A DNA stretch of 32,000 bases from Candidatus Iainarchaeum sp. Lineage in GTDB: Archaea; Iainarchaeota; Iainarchaeia; Iainarchaeales; 0-14-0-20-30-16. The stretch spans positions 92,373 through 124,372 of the forward strand of contig JAQTTP010000002.1 in the NCBI GenBank assembly GCA_028710695.1. Direction: 5' to 3'. Position 1 is the stretch's first letter. Every line of letters starts with the position of its first letter. This document shows positions 27,555-32,000 of the stretch, in pieces. The notes under the pieces were generated by a model, which saw only the letters and a list, made by a program, of their open reading frames with translations, was not told the origin of the DNA and did not search any database. Both the position numbers and the translations under genes were made by a program.

Positions 27555-28318
27555 GGCAATTCATGAATAACAAACAATTCTACTCAACATACAATTATCC
27601 AAACCTAAAATACATTGGTAAAACTCACACAAATCTTATGAAAAAAATTCTTTCTTTTGCAAATATTTCTTTTTCTGACTTGCAAGGAAAGGATATTTTA
27701 GATGCTGGCTGTGGGACTGGAGACAAGTCAGTATTCTTTGCACTAAAAGGAGCAAAAATCACAAGCATTGATTTCTCTCCCGGACAATTACAGAAAGCAC
27801 AAGAAAATGCAAAAGAGAATAAGGTAAAAATCAAAGCTCTTGAAATGGATATTCTGAATTTAGATTCAAAAAAGTTAGGAAAGTTTGATTATATTTTTTG
27901 TTTAGGAGTTCTACATCACACAGAAGATGCAAAAAAAGGGTTTGAGAATCTCTGCAAGCTTCTAAAGCCAAATGGAATTATTGTAATTGCTTTATACCAC
28001 AAATATGCGCGCCTAAAATACAGAATCATTAGGGCCCTATTACGCCTTTTTGTTTCAAAAGATCCCGAAAAAATAATTTCTTTTTTGTTTTCAAAAAACT
28101 TTTTCGCAAAAAAGTTAAACACAATAACTAAAGAAACTCTTTATGACAGGTATGCTGTTCCTTTTGAATCTTACCACACTTTGAGAGAAGTCAAGCAGTG
28201 GTTCAAACAAAATAAAATAACAGAAATAGGACACAGCGAAAATGTTAACGGCTTTGAACCGTTTAAAGTATTTGAAAGAAAAACTTTATTTTTTGTAAGT
28301 GGAACAAAACCCAAATAG
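27551..28318 (+). CDS. Class I SAM-dependent methyltransferase (UbiG/Methyltransf_11-like)
   Basis: GKDILDAGCGTGDKSVFFALKGAKITSIDFSPGQL...FDYIFCLGVLHHTEDAKKGFENLCKLLKPNGIIVIALYH. ATGA overlap with the GNAT gene. Confidence 0.92.
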   Translation: MRQFMNNKQFYSTYNYPNLKYIGKTHTNLMKKILSFANISFSDLQGKDILDAGCGTGDKSVFFALKGAKITSIDFSPGQLQKAQENAKENKVKIKALEMDILNLDSKKLGKFDYIFCLGVLHHTEDAKKGFENLCKLLKPNGIIVIALYHKYARLKYRIIRALLRLFVSKDPEKIISFLFSKNFFAKKLNTITKETLYDRYAVPFESYHTLREVKQWFKQNKITEIGHSENVNGFEPFKVFERKTLFFVSGTKPK

Positions 28319-28367
28319 ACAAAAATCAACCTGTTACCCTTATACAAAGAATAATTTCTCTATTTAG

Positions 28368-29051
28368 CTATTTCTTTCTAGTAGACGGAGCCAAATTATA
28401 CAAAGACGAAACCCATTCTTTGTTTGTTGGTTTTTTTTCAGCCTTAATAGGGACAAAAAATGACATTGATTTTTTTTGTTTTGATTTGTTTTGGCTTTTT
28501 TTAAGCTTTATTTGTTTCTCTTTTTTTGGCTTTTGTTTTGTTCCTTTTCCTTTTGTTTTTTTTACTGCTTTTGCTTTATTATTAAACCAAATGCTCTCTT
28601 TCTTTTCTTCTTTTTTTGCAATTGTATTTTGTGGATTTGGATACTGCCTCATTACAACTTGCATCTCATCTGCAGGACTAAAGAATTTAAAATCTTTTGA
28701 GCTTCCAAAATGCGCTATCTTTACAGAATATTTTTTTGATTCCAAATAATCTTTTAATTTCATTAAGATCTCAAAACTAAATTCATATGGCGGAATATTA
28801 TAAGCCAGGTGTACAAAAGGCATAATTATCACATTATTTGTTTTAAAGTGATCCGCCATTTCTCTTAAGTCTTTTCCAAAAGCGTCAAAATAATTCACAT
28901 CTTCTTTTCCTTCAACAGTAATCCAAGGGCAAAGAACTTTCTTTTCTTTTATTTTTTTTGTGCTGTTCAACACATCCATACTAACATTACTGCCGTTAAG
29001 CTTACAATTTCCAATTTCTAATTTCTTACAATACCAAATTAAAGCTTTCAT
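28368..29051 (-). CDS. Standalone archaeal ThrRS editing-domain-like (tRNA-Thr_ED/DTD-like) protein with Lys-rich tail
   Basis: MKALIWYCKKLEI...IIMPFVHLAYNIPPYEFSFEILMKLKDYLESKKYSVKIAHFGSSKDFKF resembles the archaeal ThrRS NTD pattern PFAHLSxxLxxPxxAxxxLxxxxxxLxxxGxxVxxAPFGYYKxF. No synthetase catalytic core. Confidence 0.65.
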   Translation of the reverse strand: MKALIWYCKKLEIGNCKLNGSNVSMDVLNSTKKIKEKKVLCPWITVEGKEDVNYFDAFGKDLREMADHFKTNNVIIMPFVHLAYNIPPYEFSFEILMKLKDYLESKKYSVKIAHFGSSKDFKFFSPADEMQVVMRQYPNPQNTIAKKEEKKESIWFNNKAKAVKKTKGKGTKQKPKKEKQIKLKKSQNKSKQKKSMSFFVPIKAEKKPTNKEWVSSLYNLAPSTRKK

Positions 29052-29055
29052 TTAA

Positions 29056-30588
29056 TCACCTTATTAAACTTTCAATCATTTCTTTTGGTTTCTTTATTTT
29101 CAAATAATCCAATATTGTTGGAGCAATGTTTCCTAATACTCCATTACTCTGCAACTTTATTTTTTTTCCTTCTTCAGAAATGAAAATAAATGGAACTTTA
29201 TTTAAAGTATGTGATGTATGCGGGTTCCCATTCTTATCAATCATTTGCTCTATATTTCCATGATCCGCAGTTATAATCCAAACCCATTTTTTTAGGTCTA
29301 ATTTTTTATAAATCTCTTTCAAGCAAAAATCCAGGGTCTTTACTGCCTTTATTCCTGCTTTCAGATTTCCAGTATGCCCCACCATATCCCCATTTGCATA
29401 ATTTTGTATAATAATATTAAATTTATTTTTCTTTATTGCATTAGTTACATATTCTGTAATTTCTTTTGCCGACATTTCTGGCTCCAGGTCATAAGTTCTA
29501 ACCCGCGGAGATGAAATTATTTTTCTTGTTTCACCCTTAAAAGGATTTTCCTTTTTCCCAGAGAAAAAGTAAGTTACATGCGCATATTTTTCTGATTCTG
29601 CAATTCTTAACTGTGTTAATCCTGCTTTAGAAACTATTTCACCCAAAGTATTTTTTGGAATTTCTAGATTAAACAGACACCCTTTTTTGTATTCTGGATA
29701 ATATGAAATAAAAGAAAAATAATTGGCATTTATTTTTTTAAAACCTTTTTGCACAGGTTTTTCTAGTTGCCCTAAAAACGCTTTTGTTAATTGCCTCATT
29801 CTGTCAGATCTAAAATTAAAATTAATAATTGAATCTCCGTTTTTTATTATTCCATTTTTGTCAAACAAAACAGGTTCAAAGAATTCATCATAAATTTTTT
29901 TTGAATAACTTTCTTTTATTGCAGTTCTCCAAGAATTACTTTTTTTGCCGTTGCCAGCAATATAAAGATTGTATGCTTTTTCAGTTCTTGCCCATCTTTT
30001 GTCTCTATCCATTGCATAAAATCTTCCAATTAAAGAAGCAATCTTTCCAACTTTTAATTTCTTTATTTCTCTTTCTAACTCTGCAATACATTTTCCTTCT
30101 GATTTTCTGCCTGCATCTCTTCCATCAGAGATTATATGAATATAAACATTTTTTTTCTTTTTTTCTTTTAAAAGTTTTAATAATACGATCAAGTGGTTCA
30201 TATGTGAATGAACCCCCCCATTAGAAACCAAGCCCAACAGATGTATTGATTTTGTTTGTGGAACTTTATCTATAAACTTTAACAACTTTTTGTTCTTAAA
30301 AAAAGAGCCGTCATTAATCATTTCATCAATAATTGCTAACTCTTGTTTAACAATTCTTCCGGATCCAATATTTATATGGCCCACCTTAGAACTACCCATA
30401 TATCCATCCAAAAGCCCAACATAATGCTGAGAGGCTTCTAGTTTTGACATTGGAAATGTTGAAACAAGAGAATTATAAAAGTTTAAATCTGCAAGTTCTA
30501 TTGCATTTCCTGTTTTTTTAGGATTTGCAGAGCTTAAACCCCAGCCATCAAGAATAGTAAGCAAAACATTTTTTTCAATTTTTCTCAT
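29056..30588 (-). CDS. gpmI: 2,3-bisphosphoglycerate-independent phosphoglycerate mutase, bacterial-type iPGM
   Basis: LLTILDGWGLS, MGSSKVGHINIGSGRIVKQ, HIISDGRDAGRKS, IIQNYANGDMVGHTGN, WIITADHGNIEQM, PHTSHTLNKVPFIF. Confidence 0.96.
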   Translation of the reverse strand: MRKIEKNVLLTILDGWGLSSANPKKTGNAIELADLNFYNSLVSTFPMSKLEASQHYVGLLDGYMGSSKVGHINIGSGRIVKQELAIIDEMINDGSFFKNKKLLKFIDKVPQTKSIHLLGLVSNGGVHSHMNHLIVLLKLLKEKKKKNVYIHIISDGRDAGRKSEGKCIAELEREIKKLKVGKIASLIGRFYAMDRDKRWARTEKAYNLYIAGNGKKSNSWRTAIKESYSKKIYDEFFEPVLFDKNGIIKNGDSIINFNFRSDRMRQLTKAFLGQLEKPVQKGFKKINANYFSFISYYPEYKKGCLFNLEIPKNTLGEIVSKAGLTQLRIAESEKYAHVTYFFSGKKENPFKGETRKIISSPRVRTYDLEPEMSAKEITEYVTNAIKKNKFNIIIQNYANGDMVGHTGNLKAGIKAVKTLDFCLKEIYKKLDLKKWVWIITADHGNIEQMIDKNGNPHTSHTLNKVPFIFISEEGKKIKLQSNGVLGNIAPTILDYLKIKKPKEMIESLIR

Positions 30589-30609
30589 GATAAAAAAAGC
30601 AGGTATTTA

Positions 30610-31683
30610 TTAATAAACCTTTTGAACTGAATCTAACTTCTTTTTTAGTCCAGAAATTAAAGATATCACTGTTTTCATCCTTGATTCCTTCAATAGGGTT
30701 GCATAAGCACGAATTCTTAAGATTTGTATTTGACTTTCAAGAGTTTTTCCTAAGTAAACAGATATTATCCCTGGAATCTTTACGCCCTCCAAAATTTTTA
30801 TTCCTGCACTAACGTCCCCGGTTGTTAATTCTAAAGCCGCCCAGCCAAGCCCAATTCTGGGAGAATATTTTGAATCAGAATATGCCTTTCTAAATAGCTC
30901 TCTTGCAAGTAGTTTATTTTCTTCAAACATAATTAATGCATAAGTATAGTCAACTTCAAATGTGTGGCTTTGTCGCATTAGTTCTTTAATTTTCTCTTTT
31001 GCTGCGTTTTTGTCAAGGCCTGCCAGAGTATTATATTCTGTATTAAACCTAAAATAATTTTCTAAATCGTGAGTTTCAAAAGCAACGTCTTCTTCTAACA
31101 AAGGCATAAATTTTCCTTGCATTGTTTCATATCGATAATTCCTGCCATCTAATTTTACATACAAAAAACCATGGCCATATCTGTGCCCATATAAGAAATC
31201 AACATTTTTTAAGTTCATTGTACGCAAGGTTTCCAAAAATAAAATAGTTCCAATATCACAATCTCTTTTTTTTCTAGAGTGGGCTTCAAAAAAATCAGCA
31301 ATTGTTGCTTCTGTAGAATTTATTGCAGGTAATTTTTCATTCAAAACAGCATACATCTTTCCAAGAATTTCTTCCAACTCTCTAACTGAAGTTACCTGAC
31401 GCTTATAATATGGTTTTCCCGCTCCAAACATTTTTGTAACAATTTCTTTATGAAACACAACTGCCCGATTATGTTTTTCTTTAGAATAAAGTGCTGCTTG
31501 TCTATAAAAAATTCGATCCAAAGAAAACGGCCTTTTTGACTCTATTGTAGTCCTTACTTCTTTAGTATATGCTCTTTCAACCGGTTTATGCTCACGTAAT
31601 CCTGCCCATGCCGCTAAGCCAGCAGCAACAGCCCCAACACCAATTGCTACTTTTCTTCCTACTTCTCTTAGTCTTTTAGGCAT
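30610..31683 (-). CDS. Membrane-anchored transglutaminase/SirB1-like protein with helical repeats
   Basis: Start revised to ATG 31683 (MPKRLREVGRKVAIGVGAVAAGLAAWAG). KKRDCDIGTILFLETLRTMN...GHRYGHGFLYVKLDGRNYRYET resembles a Cys-His transglutaminase-like core. TPR-like C-terminus. Confidence 0.6.
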   Translation of the reverse strand: MPKRLREVGRKVAIGVGAVAAGLAAWAGLREHKPVERAYTKEVRTTIESKRPFSLDRIFYRQAALYSKEKHNRAVVFHKEIVTKMFGAGKPYYKRQVTSVRELEEILGKMYAVLNEKLPAINSTEATIADFFEAHSRKKRDCDIGTILFLETLRTMNLKNVDFLYGHRYGHGFLYVKLDGRNYRYETMQGKFMPLLEEDVAFETHDLENYFRFNTEYNTLAGLDKNAAKEKIKELMRQSHTFEVDYTYALIMFEENKLLARELFRKAYSDSKYSPRIGLGWAALELTTGDVSAGIKILEGVKIPGIISVYLGKTLESQIQILRIRAYATLLKESRMKTVISLISGLKKKLDSVQKVY

Positions 31684-31736
31684 TTCAATCACATTTTTTG
31701 GGGTCTTTTGTAGGGATTTTTCTTTGGTGAACTTAC

Positions 31737-31751
31737 GGGCTTTTATAGCCC
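31737..31751 (-). repeat. Hairpin, tRNA-flank element C
   Basis: GGGCT TTTAT AGCCC followed by ctgtttttcttttg, as in element A. Confidence 0.65.
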
Positions 31752-31846
31752 TGTTTTTCTTTTGATGGACCAAGAAAACATTTTGCTGTTAGGCAAAATG
31801 TTTCTGGGTCAGAAGAACTTTTCTTTGAAAAGTTGCTTCTTACTGG

Positions 31847-31874
31847 AGCTTTTCTTTTCCAAAAAAGAAAAGCT
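31847..31874 (-). terminator. Hairpin immediately 3' of tRNA-Ser
   Basis: AGCTTTTCTTTT CCAA AAAAGAAAAGCT, perfect 12-bp inverted repeat. Confidence 0.5.
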
Positions 31875-31880
31875 TAGAGA

Positions 31881-31964
31881 CGCAGGGAAAGGGATTCGAA
31901 CCCTTGCCTCCTTACGGAGACTCGGTCTCAAGCCGAGCGCGTTGGACCACTTCGCTACCCCTGC
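31881..31964 (-). tRNA. tRNA-Ser(TGA)
   Basis: GCAGGGG acceptor, CTCGG CTTGAGA CCGAG anticodon arm (TGA), long variable arm TCTCCGTAAGGAG, AAGGG TTCGAAT CCCTT T arm, discriminator G. Confidence 0.94.
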
Positions 31965-32000
31965 CTAGCCTTTTTCAAAAAAAGGCACAGTCTGCCAAAA

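Noticed and set aside
28420-28749. Plus-strand Phe-rich ORFs 28420-28749 and 28491-28700
   Set aside because: Reverse complement of the Lys-rich tail of the ThrRS-ed-like protein (AAG/AAA read as CTT/TTT).
31762-31968. Plus-strand ORF with GIRTLASLRRLGLKPSALDHFATPA
   Set aside because: Antisense translation of tRNA-Ser; a typical spurious tRNA-derived peptide.
1-32000. Mobile element or prophage interpretation
   Set aside because: No transposase, integrase or phage genes seen; tRNA-adjacent repeats lack an attachment-site duplication of a tRNA 3' end.

Overview
AT-rich archaeal chromosome fragment. Archaeal markers are a TFIIB gene with a zinc ribbon and cyclin repeats, TATA/BRE-like promoters, an intron-containing tRNA and class III-signal-peptide-like pilin features. 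The small, dense gene style suggests a DPANN-like lineage, but that is inference. From left to right the window holds: a MacB-type ABC ATPase (truncated at the window edge) with two tandem FtsX/MacB permeases and an exported NEW3/CARDB-like protein; tRNA-Cys and an intron-containing tRNA-Met(CAT); a compact minus-strand 8-gene cluster (15205 down to 4901) encoding a DsbA-like protein, a TadA/FlaI-type ATPase, two T2SF (TadB/TadC-like) membrane proteins, two paralogous LtaS/sulfatase-superfamily membrane enzymes, a processive GT2 glycosyltransferase and a membrane thioredoxin-like protein; divergent TFB; a second type IV pilus/archaellum-like module (pilin-like protein, fused T2SF protein, long FlaI-like ATPase) with a Nudix hydrolase and an orphan protein; a methyltransferase; rubrerythrin; assorted small genes (JAMM protease, GNATs, a methyltransferase); a standalone ThrRS-editing-domain-like protein; a bacterial-type iPGM; a transglutaminase-like protein; and tRNA-Ser(TGA). 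The most interesting signals are (1) the 8-gene cluster, which looks like an undescribed surface-assembly system, and (2) a family of repeated imperfect hairpins, some with compensatory base-pair changes, flanking all three tRNA genes and including an exact 31-nt repeat.
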